In this document: positions 17,090-25,183 of the stretch, one piece after another
Position numbering within the stretch: position 1 is the stretch's first letter
How the letters are laid out: each line of letters begins with the position of its first letter
DNA from: a virus
Direction: 5' to 3' (one strand)
IMG/VR virus record: IMGVR_UViG_3300022658_000006
DNA length: 36,401 bases
Program-made: the position numbers and the translations under genes
Notes under the pieces: model-generated
The model's database searches: none
The model's input: only the letters and a program-made list of their open reading frames with translations
What the model was told of the DNA's origin: nothing

Positions 17090-18924
17090 AGCTTCTCCAC
17101 TTCTCTGACGTAGTAATCAAAATCCACCGGCAGCTTCCCGGCGTCCTTGATGTCGTTGCAAGGCTGGACACCCCAGCCCGACTCGACACCGATCTTGCGC
17201 CACTCGGTCTTGCCCTTGAGCGGCGGCATCCACTTGAACAGACGGCCACCGCCTTCAGCGATGTAGTAGCGCGTGATGTTTTGCAACTGTTGGGGCTGCT
17301 GACCATCCCACTCGATTGCCAGATAGCTGGAGCGCGGCACCTTGGTGCGCAGCATGAAGTCCATGATGTCAGGCCACTGCTGCACGGTCTGCCGAATCGG
17401 CGCACCCTCGACCAGCACCTTCTCGGCCACCTTGGGAATCACGAGGCCACCGGCGTTCTGGTGCCAGCCAGCCTTCCACTCGTAGGCACCCTTGCGCTTG
17501 GTGCTGCCATCCTCGAACACGCCGATGTAGTTGTTGACATCGCGGATCATCATGGCCTTGTAGATGGCTTCCTCAAGGTTCAAGCCAGTGCGGTCCTGCC
17601 ACGCCATGCGGGCCAGATCGACCAGCACCTTGTGGGTGCGCGGCACCCGCACAGTCAGGCCGTCCGTGTTCACTTGGATCAGGCGCAGCCCGGGGATCGT
17701 CATCAGCCCTTCGGCCAGCAGGCACAGCAGCAGTTGCCCGTTGAGCGTGATGCTCATGGTGAACAGCGGGTCATAGAACACGCTGAACTGGTTGTTGCTG
17801 TCGCCGTAGACGCCGTTGAGCGCCAGCTTCAGCATGGCCGATTCTGCGGACTTTTTGGGGTACTGCTTGCGCTGCTCGAACAGGTGCTTGTAGATGGCAA
17901 CGAAGTCTTTGCCGAGGTGGGCCGGGTGGAACCCATTCGTGATTGCCAAGTTCGGATAGTACGAAGTGACATCGAGGTCCACGATGACGTGTTCAGAATC
18001 CGACTCGATGATTTCCGACTCGACGGAGCCGTGGATGCCGCCAAGGCCGAAGACAAAAGTGAATCCATTGATGGTTGCGGTGAGGTCCGTGAAGACCCCT
18101 TTGGTTTCTGTGATGGACTGCTGCTTGAGCCAGCCCAGCACACGGTTGAACTCGGGCTGCTGGAACTGAATCCACGGCAGGATGGCGTCCTTGAGGTGGA
18201 TCACCGGGCGCTTGGTCTGCCGGGGTGTGCGGCCCTTGTCGCCGTAGTCGTAGCAGGCGACACCGGCTTCCTCCAGCTTCATGACGAAGTAGTCCTTGCC
18301 GATCTTGGTGTCATTGTGGTTCATGAAGTCCCGGGCGTACTTGCGCGTCAGTTCCTCACGGAAGTGCAGCATGTCAAGGCTCTTGTGATAGAACGCCTTG
18401 GTCTGCGCCACATCGTGCTGGTTGTACTTCTTGAGCCCTTCGATTTGCTCACGGGTCAGCGTGGTGCCCACCTTGAACGGCAAGTCTTCGATGCTGTCGG
18501 AACGCATGTTGAACTCCAGCACCTTGAGGCTGGTGGCCCGGGCCTTGTTGTCGAAGTGGTGAATCTTGAACAAGTCGATCTGGGTGACGAACTGATCGGA
18601 CGGCTTGACGAGGTGCATCCATTTGCTGCCGTCTTCATCCTGCGACCCGATGATCGCCATCGCCTTTTGATACAGCGTGGCGGCGTCAGCCTTACCCATG
18701 CGGATCAGGGTGTGCAGCACCGGGTAGTCGAACCCAAGATTGTTGAAGCCCACCATGCGGGCGTTGGTTTCCTTCAGGAACTGAAGGAACGCGATGATCT
18801 CGCGGGAGTCGTTGCGCCAGTCGCTGATCTCAAACATGAGTCTGATTGGCGCATCAACGTGCTCAAACGCAGCGGTAAACACGTTGGGAAATGTTTCCAA
18901 GTCAAAAACCCAGTCGTTAGACAT
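17071..18924 (-). CDS. DNA polymerase with N-terminal 3'-5' exonuclease
   Basis: Exonuclease motifs: FDLETFPN, GFNNLGFDYPVL, YNQHDV. Palm motifs: DLDVTSYYPNLAI, KLALNGVYG, QVNTDGL. The start was moved from the track's 18972 to ATG 18924, which follows GGAGAAGAAGT and overlaps the upstream stop. Confidence 0.8.
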   Translation of the reverse strand: MSNDWVFDLETFPNVFTAAFEHVDAPIRLMFEISDWRNDSREIIAFLQFLKETNARMVGFNNLGFDYPVLHTLIRMGKADAATLYQKAMAIIGSQDEDGSKWMHLVKPSDQFVTQIDLFKIHHFDNKARATSLKVLEFNMRSDSIEDLPFKVGTTLTREQIEGLKKYNQHDVAQTKAFYHKSLDMLHFREELTRKYARDFMNHNDTKIGKDYFVMKLEEAGVACYDYGDKGRTPRQTKRPVIHLKDAILPWIQFQQPEFNRVLGWLKQQSITETKGVFTDLTATINGFTFVFGLGGIHGSVESEIIESDSEHVIVDLDVTSYYPNLAITNGFHPAHLGKDFVAIYKHLFEQRKQYPKKSAESAMLKLALNGVYGDSNNQFSVFYDPLFTMSITLNGQLLLCLLAEGLMTIPGLRLIQVNTDGLTVRVPRTHKVLVDLARMAWQDRTGLNLEEAIYKAMMIRDVNNYIGVFEDGSTKRKGAYEWKAGWHQNAGGLVIPKVAEKVLVEGAPIRQTVQQWPDIMDFMLRTKVPRSSYLAIEWDGQQPQQLQNITRYYIAEGGGRLFKWMPPLKGKTEWRKIGVESGWGVQPCNDIKDAGKLPVDFDYYVREVEKLCLGLA

Positions 18925-19357
18925 ACTTCTTCTCCGACCAGCAATTTGGTTTCGGAGGGTATGTGTATCCACCGTCAGTGCGACCTTCGCACCATGCTTT
19001 GATTCGATTGATGGTGACGCCGACTGCCACAGCAGCTTCGCTCAAGCTGGCGTAACGTGTGCCGTTGACAAACCACCACTTCGAGATGCGCGTGTTCTGC
19101 ATCTGCGGTTTCTTTTCAACCCAGTGACAGTTTTCCTTGCAGTACCCCTTGGTATTGTCGATACGGTCGATCTGGTGCATCGCACTCGGACGTAGCCCCA
19201 TGTCATTGACAAACTGAACTGGGTCATCCCATTGGGGGCAAATGGTGATGTGCTCGTAGTAATCAGCGTCACCCCTTTTCGGGTTGTTGCAACGCTGGCG
19301 CATGTTGATCCATGCCTTGTATTCAGGCGTGTACCGAAGCCCGTGTTTTGTTGGCAT
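18917..19357 (-). CDS. Free-standing homing-endonuclease-like protein with NUMOD1-type C-terminal HTH
   Basis: HGLRYTPEYKAWINMRQRCNNP...ICPQWDD...FVNDMGLRP...IDRIDNTKGYCKENCHW is a common phage endonuclease-associated module. WFVNGTRYASLSEAAVAVGVTINRIKAWC is NUMOD1-like. AAGGAG RBS. Confidence 0.65.
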   Translation of the reverse strand: MPTKHGLRYTPEYKAWINMRQRCNNPKRGDADYYEHITICPQWDDPVQFVNDMGLRPSAMHQIDRIDNTKGYCKENCHWVEKKPQMQNTRISKWWFVNGTRYASLSEAAVAVGVTINRIKAWCEGRTDGGYTYPPKPNCWSEKKYV

Positions 19358-19432
19358 TACCGTTACTCCTTACAAGGTGGGGCCGCTGGTCCGGTCCTCC
19401 GGGAACCCCCAGAGGCAGCGACCCCGATTCGA

Positions 19433-20149
19433 TTACTGCTGACCCATCATGAAGGGCGGCAGGCCAGCGGGAGCACCGGGGAACGGTGCAGCAGGCATCG
19501 CAGCGGCCGGAGCAGCGAACCCGGGCACACCAGCAGGCGCAAAGCCCGAGGCAGCAGCGGGAGCACCAGCCACAGCGCCGAACAGGTTCGATGCGTCCAC
19601 GGCACCCTCACCGAACGGGGTGTCATCGCCAGCGAACTGCACGGCAATCAGGTCGCAGCGGATGCCATGGCCGTGTTTGTTCTCTTGCAGCCACGGCTTG
19701 ACGGCAGCATTGACACGGCAACCACCGTACATCTTGCGGGCAAGCTGCTGGTAGGCCATCGTGTTGGTGGGGTCGATGGGAGAGCCATCGGCTTGGATCA
19801 TCTGCGGCTGCGAGTCGCGGCCAGCGGTGATGAACACATGACCGGCGTAGCCATCGTAGGGCTGGAAGGTCTTCTTGTTGATCTTCTCCTCACCACGGCC
19901 AAAGCAGCGCAGCTTGCGATCATTCTGGATCATGCCCATGACGGTCTGGGCGTGTTCCTTCCACTTCTCCAGTGCCATCGCACCGTACTTCTGCATGAAC
20001 TGCTGGAACCCAGCATGATCGAGCGGCATGATGAACTCGCAGTTGTACGAGATGCGCTCTTTGCCGGTCTGCTCGTTGACCTGCTTCTGAGGTTCGGCGA
20101 GGTGGGGGAAGGACAGACGGACGTTCGACAGGAAAATGATTTCAGACAT
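19433..20149 (-). CDS. ssDNA-binding protein, DUF2815 / T7 gp2.5-like
   Basis: IIFLSNVRLSFPHLAEPQ...FITAG...RCDLIAVQFAGDDTPFG, followed by a flexible A/G/P tail. It lies next to the DUF2800 nuclease, as in known replication modules. Confidence 0.75.
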   Translation of the reverse strand: MSEIIFLSNVRLSFPHLAEPQKQVNEQTGKERISYNCEFIMPLDHAGFQQFMQKYGAMALEKWKEHAQTVMGMIQNDRKLRCFGRGEEKINKKTFQPYDGYAGHVFITAGRDSQPQMIQADGSPIDPTNTMAYQQLARKMYGGCRVNAAVKPWLQENKHGHGIRCDLIAVQFAGDDTPFGEGAVDASNLFGAVAGAPAAASGFAPAGVPGFAAPAAAMPAAPFPGAPAGLPPFMMGQQ

Positions 20150-20168
20150 GACGATTACCTTTCAGTGA

Positions 20169-21464
20169 TTACGAGAGCCACGAGGGCAGGGATTCGGCAG
20201 CGGGTGCTGCCTCGACTGCGCTGAACATCGGCGCAGCATTGGTGATGACAGCGGGGCGGCTGTCAGATTCGGGGGCCACGGTCAGCTTGCCAGCCAGCTT
20301 GGTGACGTACTCCTGCTCCATCCGCTTGAGTTGGCGGTCGGTCAGGGACACCTTGGTGCCGTCACGCTTCTCCCACGTCAGCTTCTCAGCCTTGGCGGGG
20401 GTCACGAGTTTGGTTTCGTAGATCGCGGTCTTGGGGATGCCCATCTTTTGCAGCTTCTCGGCCATCTCCTCCTCGGGCAGCACCCAAGCACGGGAGCCAC
20501 GACCGTGGACCAGCTTTAGGCCGGGGATCGGAGTGCCTGCCTCCAGACGGCGCAGGGCTTCTTTCTCGACGGCTTCGAGGAGTTGGCGCATCAGGGGTGC
20601 GGCCTCCATAATCTGACGAATCTGGGCATCGTCCATCTGGGCCGGGTCTTTGTCGGCAGACTGCTGCGCGACATCGAGCGTTTCGGTTACGACTGGTTGG
20701 AACATGATTCCTACCTCCTTCATTACGTTACCTGCCAGCGCGGCGCAAGAGCCTTTGGCACGGCAGAATTTACATTGACTTTCGCCCGGTACAAGCGGTG
20801 CATCCGGTGCATCGGTTGCGGCAGCTTGCACGATGATTGTACCCATGTTGGTCAACATGTCACGCACATCGCGGTCGGCCGAGGTGATCGGCTTCATACC
20901 CTTCAATGCCAGCTTGGGCTGGATGATGGTCATGCGGATCGTCTTGCATGGGTACTCGACGTTGATGGGCAGCTTGTAGCCTGCCAGCACCCCGTAGGCG
21001 TACTGTTCAAGCTGCATGTTGCCCTCGGCGCTCACCACGCCCATGCCGTCCTTGTAGTCGATGATCTCGATCCAGTCGGGGCCGATGATCTGGCAGTCCA
21101 CGGTACCCGAGAGATCGTCACGACCCATCAGGTGCTGAGGGTCAACGCGCTGCTCGGAGATCACCTTGAACATGCCGTTCATGGACCGTTCACGGATGTA
21201 CTCGATGGCTGTCTTGACTCGTGCGGCACGGTCAGCGTCAACCACGAACTCACCCTCATGGTCCTTCATCTTGACGCCCACCATGTCGGTGGGATCAGCG
21301 AGTGCGGCCTTGATGCAGTGCTCCAGCAGCGTGTGGCTGTGGGTGCCATCGGCAGCAGCGGGACCGCTACCGGTGTCAGGGTACTTGGCCTCCTCTCGAA
21401 TGCTGCCGGGGCACAAGGCCCAGCGGCTGCGCTTCGAGGGAGACAGTTTGGCGTGGTCGCTCAT
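20169..21464 (-). CDS. PD-(D/E)XK exonuclease, DUF2800 / Cas4-like
   Basis: SDHAKLSPSKRSRWALCPGS at the N-terminus and the C-terminal cysteine cluster CKFCRAKGSC. The track start at 21470 is a TTG. ATG 21464 forms an ATGA overlap with the upstream stop. Confidence 0.8.
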   Translation of the reverse strand: MSDHAKLSPSKRSRWALCPGSIREEAKYPDTGSGPAAADGTHSHTLLEHCIKAALADPTDMVGVKMKDHEGEFVVDADRAARVKTAIEYIRERSMNGMFKVISEQRVDPQHLMGRDDLSGTVDCQIIGPDWIEIIDYKDGMGVVSAEGNMQLEQYAYGVLAGYKLPINVEYPCKTIRMTIIQPKLALKGMKPITSADRDVRDMLTNMGTIIVQAAATDAPDAPLVPGESQCKFCRAKGSCAALAGNVMKEVGIMFQPVVTETLDVAQQSADKDPAQMDDAQIRQIMEAAPLMRQLLEAVEKEALRRLEAGTPIPGLKLVHGRGSRAWVLPEEEMAEKLQKMGIPKTAIYETKLVTPAKAEKLTWEKRDGTKVSLTDRQLKRMEQEYVTKLAGKLTVAPESDSRPAVITNAAPMFSAVEAAPAAESLPSWLS

Positions 21465-21850
21465 TGGCAAGCCTCGCAGGTGCCTTCGCCCGACAGGTTA
21501 CAGGCTTGACCCAGTGGGAAGTCGTTGTCGTCGGAGCGGACAGGTGGATGCAAGTGGTTCAACACTGCGCTGAACACATCCCAACGGCCGATGTTGTCTT
21601 TGATGGGTTGATTCCAGCCAGCGTAACCCATCTCATCCAGACATTGCTCCAGCAGACGAGTACCGGCAGTACGAGACTCCAACAATTCCACGGCGATGCC
21701 ATACAGCACCTTGTAGGGTTCAGCGCCCTGCTCCCAAGCACCAGCTTCATCCAGCAAATTGTCAAGCTGACGCTGGGCTGCGCTGCGGGTGTCTTCACGC
21801 AACAGGGCGCGGGTTTCTTCTTCGCTTGCGTAGGGATCGCTCATGATCAT
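21461..21850 (-). CDS. Hypothetical protein (129 aa), C-terminal Cys cluster
   Basis: ATGA overlap with the upstream gene. Acidic. Ends in CNLSGEGTCEACQ. Confidence 0.6.
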   Translation of the reverse strand: MIMSDPYASEEETRALLREDTRSAAQRQLDNLLDEAGAWEQGAEPYKVLYGIAVELLESRTAGTRLLEQCLDEMGYAGWNQPIKDNIGRWDVFSAVLNHLHPPVRSDDNDFPLGQACNLSGEGTCEACQ

Positions 21851-22272
21851 GCTGCCTTCAGTTGCTCAACACCTTGGAACAGAGCACCGTAGTGCTCGGG
21901 CTTGACATCGTTGATGTTCTGGTAGCCCAGACCAGTCAGGACGCCTTGAATCTGAGCGCCCTTCTGCGGACCCATCGCCTTGTAGGCACCCATCAAGTAG
22001 TCGATCAGACCCTTGCCGTCAGTGAACGGCGCACCAGAGGCCACCGGTGCAGCCGCAGGAGCGGGAGCCACGAAAGCCGGAGGAGCGGGCATCGCTGGGG
22101 CAGCGGCCACGGAAACAGGGGCCGCAACAGGCGCGGCAACGGGTGCCGGTGCTGCCACAGGTGCAGGTGCTTGTACAACGGGGGCAGCAGGCGCTACATT
22201 GGAGGATTGCAGTTGCGCGGTGAGAGCCTGAACAGCTTGGGTCAATGCTTCAATCTTGGCTTCGAGTGACAT
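21847..22272 (-). CDS. Hypothetical protein with Pro/Ala-rich linker (141 aa)
   Basis: GGAGAAACTCT-ATG. N-terminal coiled coil, an APVAAP-type linker, then a globular C-terminal domain. Confidence 0.6.
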   Translation of the reverse strand: MSLEAKIEALTQAVQALTAQLQSSNVAPAAPVVQAPAPVAAPAPVAAPVAAPVSVAAAPAMPAPPAFVAPAPAAAPVASGAPFTDGKGLIDYLMGAYKAMGPQKGAQIQGVLTGLGYQNINDVKPEHYGALFQGVEQLKAA

Positions 22273-22459
22273 AGAGTTTCTCCTTGAGATTACCGGTTAC
22301 AGGGGGTTGAATGGTGACGCGATCTTCGATGAAAGCGTCAACGAGTTCACGTAAGACCTCGCTCGGTGTCCCGAACTTTCTGGCCTTCGCGTGAAACTTG
22401 GTGCGCGTCTTGTCTGCCACTCGGACAGTCAAGTACGCTGATTTGTTGATGGGGATCAT
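22250..22459 (-). CDS. Ribbon-helix-helix (CopG/Arc-like) transcriptional regulator
   Basis: 69 aa: MIPINKSAYLTVRVADKTRTKFHAKARKFGTPSEVLRELVDAFIEDR shows a strand-helix-helix pattern. It is the first gene downstream of the predicted leftward promoter. Only the last 210 nt of track ORF 22250..23194 are credible. Confidence 0.65.
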   Translation of the reverse strand: MIPINKSAYLTVRVADKTRTKFHAKARKFGTPSEVLRELVDAFIEDRVTIQPPVTGNLKEKLYVTRSQD

Positions 22460-22485
22460 GACGGTGAACTTTTTCGGTGTCGATG

Positions 22486-22514
22486 TTGAAAGTGTATCAC
22501 GCCTGTGGCACAAT
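22486..22514 (+). promoter_or_regulatory. Sigma70-type promoter for the primase gene
   Basis: TTGAAA (22486-22491), 17-nt spacer, CACAAT (22509-22514). Confidence 0.45.
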
Positions 22515-22518
22515 GCAA
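22491..22518 (-). promoter_or_regulatory. Sigma70-type promoter for the leftward replication arm
   Basis: On the minus strand: TTGCAT (22518-22513), 16-nt spacer, TACACT (22496-22491). It physically overlaps the rightward promoter. Confidence 0.45.
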
Positions 22519-22529
22519 CACATGGACGC

Positions 22530-22579
22530 GAAAAATTTTCCGAAAAAGAAAAGCCCCGGGGTCTTGTGAACCCCGGGGC
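22530..22579 (-). terminator. GC hairpin that reads as an intrinsic terminator on the minus strand (and a 5'-UTR stem-loop on the plus strand)
   Basis: GCCCCGGGG (22553-22561), 9-nt loop, CCCCGGGGC (22571-22579). On the minus strand it is followed by TTTTCTTTTTCGGAAAATTTTT. Confidence 0.45.
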
Positions 22580-22598
22580 ACCCTTGAAGGAGACTTCC

Positions 22599-22643
22599 GT
22601 GACGATACTGGCAACTGCGATCACCAGCGAGAAAAGTATATGA
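22599..22643 (+). CDS. Leader micro-ORF (14 aa) coupled to the primase start
   Basis: AAGGAG, 6 nt, then GTG 22599. It encodes MTILATAITSEKSI. Its TGA (22641-22643) overlaps the primase ATG (22640-22642). Confidence 0.35.
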   Translation: MTILATAITSEKSI

Positions 22644-25138
22644 CAGCACCACAGACAGTGCAATCCCACCCGGCATCCGTTGACGCCTACATCCGACACG
22701 GCTGGAGCCTTGTCCCCATCCCAGCGAACACCAAGGGTCCGCGCACCCCCGGCTGGAACCTGCGCGAGAACGCCCTGAAGTCTCAAGTCGATCTGCCGCA
22801 GGGCTACGGCATCGGGCTGGCCCATGCGTACAGCGGCACGATGGCGCTGGACATCGACAACTGGACCGTCACCACCAGCCTGCTGGCCCAGCACGGCATC
22901 GACCTGCAAGCCCTGTACAACGCCCCTGACGCCGTGGTGATCAACTCGGGCAAGCCCGGGCATGGCAAGCTGTTGTACACGATGCCCTTCGGCGCTGCGC
23001 TGCCGAGCAAAAAGATTCTGCACAACGGCATCACCGCCTACGAGTTGCGCTGCGCCACGGCCAGCGGCCTCACGGTGCAGGACGTGCTGCCGCCCTCGAT
23101 TCACCCTGAGACACGCCAGCCCTACCACTGGGCAGGCAGCGGCCACTGGACCCGTCTGCCGGTGATCCCCCAGCCCCTGCTGGACTTTTGGCAATCGTTA
23201 TTGGAAACGGATAAATCGCGGAACATTAGTACAAATGATGCACTCGACGCCTCGTGGGAGGAGATCAGGCAAGCCCTTGAAGCTGTGCCCGCTGACTGCT
23301 CCCGTGACGAGTGGGTGTCGATTGGCATGGCGCTGCACTGGGCAGGCACCCAGACCGACCAGCTTGAGCAGGCGCTGCAACTGTGGAACGAATGGTCGTC
23401 CACGGCCCAGTTCAAGTACCCCGGGGAGCGGGAAATCCTGACGCAGTGGGTCAGCTTCCGGCCGGACAAGGCTACCGCTGTCAAGTTGGGGACACTGTTT
23501 CACATCGCCAAGCAGCACGGGTGGCAGCGCCCACTGCCCGATGCGTCCGAGTTGTTCAGCAAGATTGACATGCCGGTCATGGAGCCGCTGGATGTGGTGG
23601 ACGGCCTGCGCCCCAAGCCGCCCGAGATGAACATGGACCTGTGGCCCGCCATCCTGCGCCAGCGGTCACAAGAGATCAGCGAAAGCGTGGGCTGCGACCC
23701 TTTGGTCCCTTTGTTCGCTGGGTTGGCCGCTGTCTGTGGGGTCGTTGACGCCCGCATCCGCCTCGAACTCATGCCGGGTTTCCGTGTGCCGCCAGTGCTG
23801 TGGCTCATGACCCTCGGTGACCCAGCGGACAAGAAGTCCCCCGGCTCCCGGCCGATGTTGTCACCGCTCAAGAACATCGAGGCCGAGGACCGGCCCCGGT
23901 ACAGCAAGGAACTGCTGGACTGGGAGGGCAAGGAAGCGGCCTACGCCAGCGCCAAGAAAGCATTCCTCGAATTCTCAGCCAGCCCCGAGGCCATGCTGGG
24001 CGCGGATCAAGCCCCCAGTGTGCCCGAGATGCCCCCGCAGCCCGTGCCGCTGAAGATCACGGTCAGCGACATCACGAGTCAGAAGCTGGTGCGCCAAGCT
24101 GCTGACCGTCCCCGTGGTCTGCTGTGCCACCTCGACGAGATGAACTCATGGGTGCGCAAGCTGACGGACAAGACCAGCGGCGAGGATCGGTCAGCGTGGG
24201 TTGTCAGCTACGAGTCAGAACACTACGAGATGGACCGGGTAGGTGCTGGGTCGATCTACTGTGAAAACTTGGCCGTGAGCATCTACGGCAACATCCAACC
24301 TCAAGTTTTCAGGCAAAACTTGGCCTCTCTCGCAGCGGATGGCCTGTTGCAGCGATTTATACCAGCCGTGCTGCGCGGCAGCAAGACCAAGCTGGGCCAC
24401 CCGATCCCCGAGTACATGACCAGCGCGGCAGCGTGGGAGAACACCCTGCGCTTGACCTTCGCGCTGCCACCCCAGACCTACCACTTATCCACAGAAGCAT
24501 TCACAGCCTTCCGCGAGTTCCAAGCGTGGTATGAACAGGCCAAGCAGGACGAGCGGGTGCTGGACTCTGGCACCGAGTACATGACGGCGTTCGGCAAGCT
24601 GGAGGGTCTTGCAGGCCGTCTGATCCTGCTGTTCCACATCATCGAGTCGCCCTTCGCCCCGCAGGTGCAGGCCGAGGTTGTCCACAGGGTCGTGAGCCTG
24701 ATCCGGGGCTACGTGATCCCGGCCTATCGGTACTCGCTGGGTGAAGTGGGCGGTGCGATCACGAACGATTTCGACCAGTGGGTGATTGACCATGTGATTC
24801 AGATCAGCGGGGATACGCAGATAATCGACCTGCGCACCCTGAAGAAGTCAGCACGGCGTCAGCTTGAGGGCAAGACCGACTGGCAGAAGGATCAGGCGGT
24901 CATGGACGCCATGCTGGTGCTCGAACAAGCGGGCTGGGTGGTGCAGGTTGAGAGCGAACTGCACAAGAAGAAGGTCACATGGGCCATCAACCCGAGTCTG
25001 CCGACCATGTTCAAGGCGTACCGCGAGAAGGTCATCAAGGCCAAGCAGCGCCACGCAGACTACATCTACCGCCACGCCTACGAGAAGGGCTACGAGCGCA
25101 AGCTGGTCAAGGGGTATAACCCCGACACGATGGAATGA
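22640..25138 (+). CDS. Bifunctional primase-polymerase / helicase-like replication protein
   Basis: 832 aa. The N-terminus YIRHGWSLVPIPANTKGPRTPGWN is prim-pol type. EEIRQALEAVPADCSRDEWVSIGMALHWAG...LWNEWS is PriCT-2-like. The large C-terminal region is DUF3987-like. The track start at 22505 lies inside the promoter, so ATG 22640 was chosen. Confidence 0.8.
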   Translation: MTAPQTVQSHPASVDAYIRHGWSLVPIPANTKGPRTPGWNLRENALKSQVDLPQGYGIGLAHAYSGTMALDIDNWTVTTSLLAQHGIDLQALYNAPDAVVINSGKPGHGKLLYTMPFGAALPSKKILHNGITAYELRCATASGLTVQDVLPPSIHPETRQPYHWAGSGHWTRLPVIPQPLLDFWQSLLETDKSRNISTNDALDASWEEIRQALEAVPADCSRDEWVSIGMALHWAGTQTDQLEQALQLWNEWSSTAQFKYPGEREILTQWVSFRPDKATAVKLGTLFHIAKQHGWQRPLPDASELFSKIDMPVMEPLDVVDGLRPKPPEMNMDLWPAILRQRSQEISESVGCDPLVPLFAGLAAVCGVVDARIRLELMPGFRVPPVLWLMTLGDPADKKSPGSRPMLSPLKNIEAEDRPRYSKELLDWEGKEAAYASAKKAFLEFSASPEAMLGADQAPSVPEMPPQPVPLKITVSDITSQKLVRQAADRPRGLLCHLDEMNSWVRKLTDKTSGEDRSAWVVSYESEHYEMDRVGAGSIYCENLAVSIYGNIQPQVFRQNLASLAADGLLQRFIPAVLRGSKTKLGHPIPEYMTSAAAWENTLRLTFALPPQTYHLSTEAFTAFREFQAWYEQAKQDERVLDSGTEYMTAFGKLEGLAGRLILLFHIIESPFAPQVQAEVVHRVVSLIRGYVIPAYRYSLGEVGGAITNDFDQWVIDHVIQISGDTQIIDLRTLKKSARRQLEGKTDWQKDQAVMDAMLVLEQAGWVVQVESELHKKKVTWAINPSLPTMFKAYREKVIKAKQRHADYIYRHAYEKGYERKLVKGYNPDTME

Positions 25139-25140
25139 AG

Positions 25141-25170
25141 AAGGCCCGGGATCACCGGGCCTTTTGCTTT
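25141..25170. terminator. Bidirectional intrinsic terminator between the convergent primase and HTH genes
   Basis: AAGGCCCGG-GATCA-CCGGGCCTT, a 9-bp stem. It is followed by TTGCTTT on the plus strand and by CTTCTTCATT on the minus strand. Confidence 0.7.
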
Positions 25171-25183
25171 GCGGTTGACTCCA

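Noticed and set aside
17281-19002. 573-aa plus-strand ORF opposite the DNA polymerase. Similar antisense ORFs occur at 19232..20224, 20583..21509, 10693..12006, 29414..30589, 31820..32941 and 32957..33973.
   Set aside because: All are antisense to well-supported genes. They have no RBS or operon context, and their composition is dominated by the codon-complement bias (H/R/G/V/L).
19358-19432. GC-rich imperfect hairpin between the SSB and endonuclease-like genes, considered as a terminator
   Set aside because: The stem is interrupted by a bulge, and no T-tract follows it on the transcribed (minus) strand.
22505-22639. N-terminal extension of the primase ORF from the track start at 22505
   Set aside because: The start would lie inside the predicted -10 box, and the extension covers the GC hairpin. 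The prim-pol homology-type sequence begins right after ATG 22640.
22460-23194. Upstream 245 codons of track ORF 22250..23194 (minus strand)
   Set aside because: This part runs antisense through the primase gene and across the promoter and hairpin region. Only the last 69 codons (the RHH protein from ATG 22459) look like a real protein.
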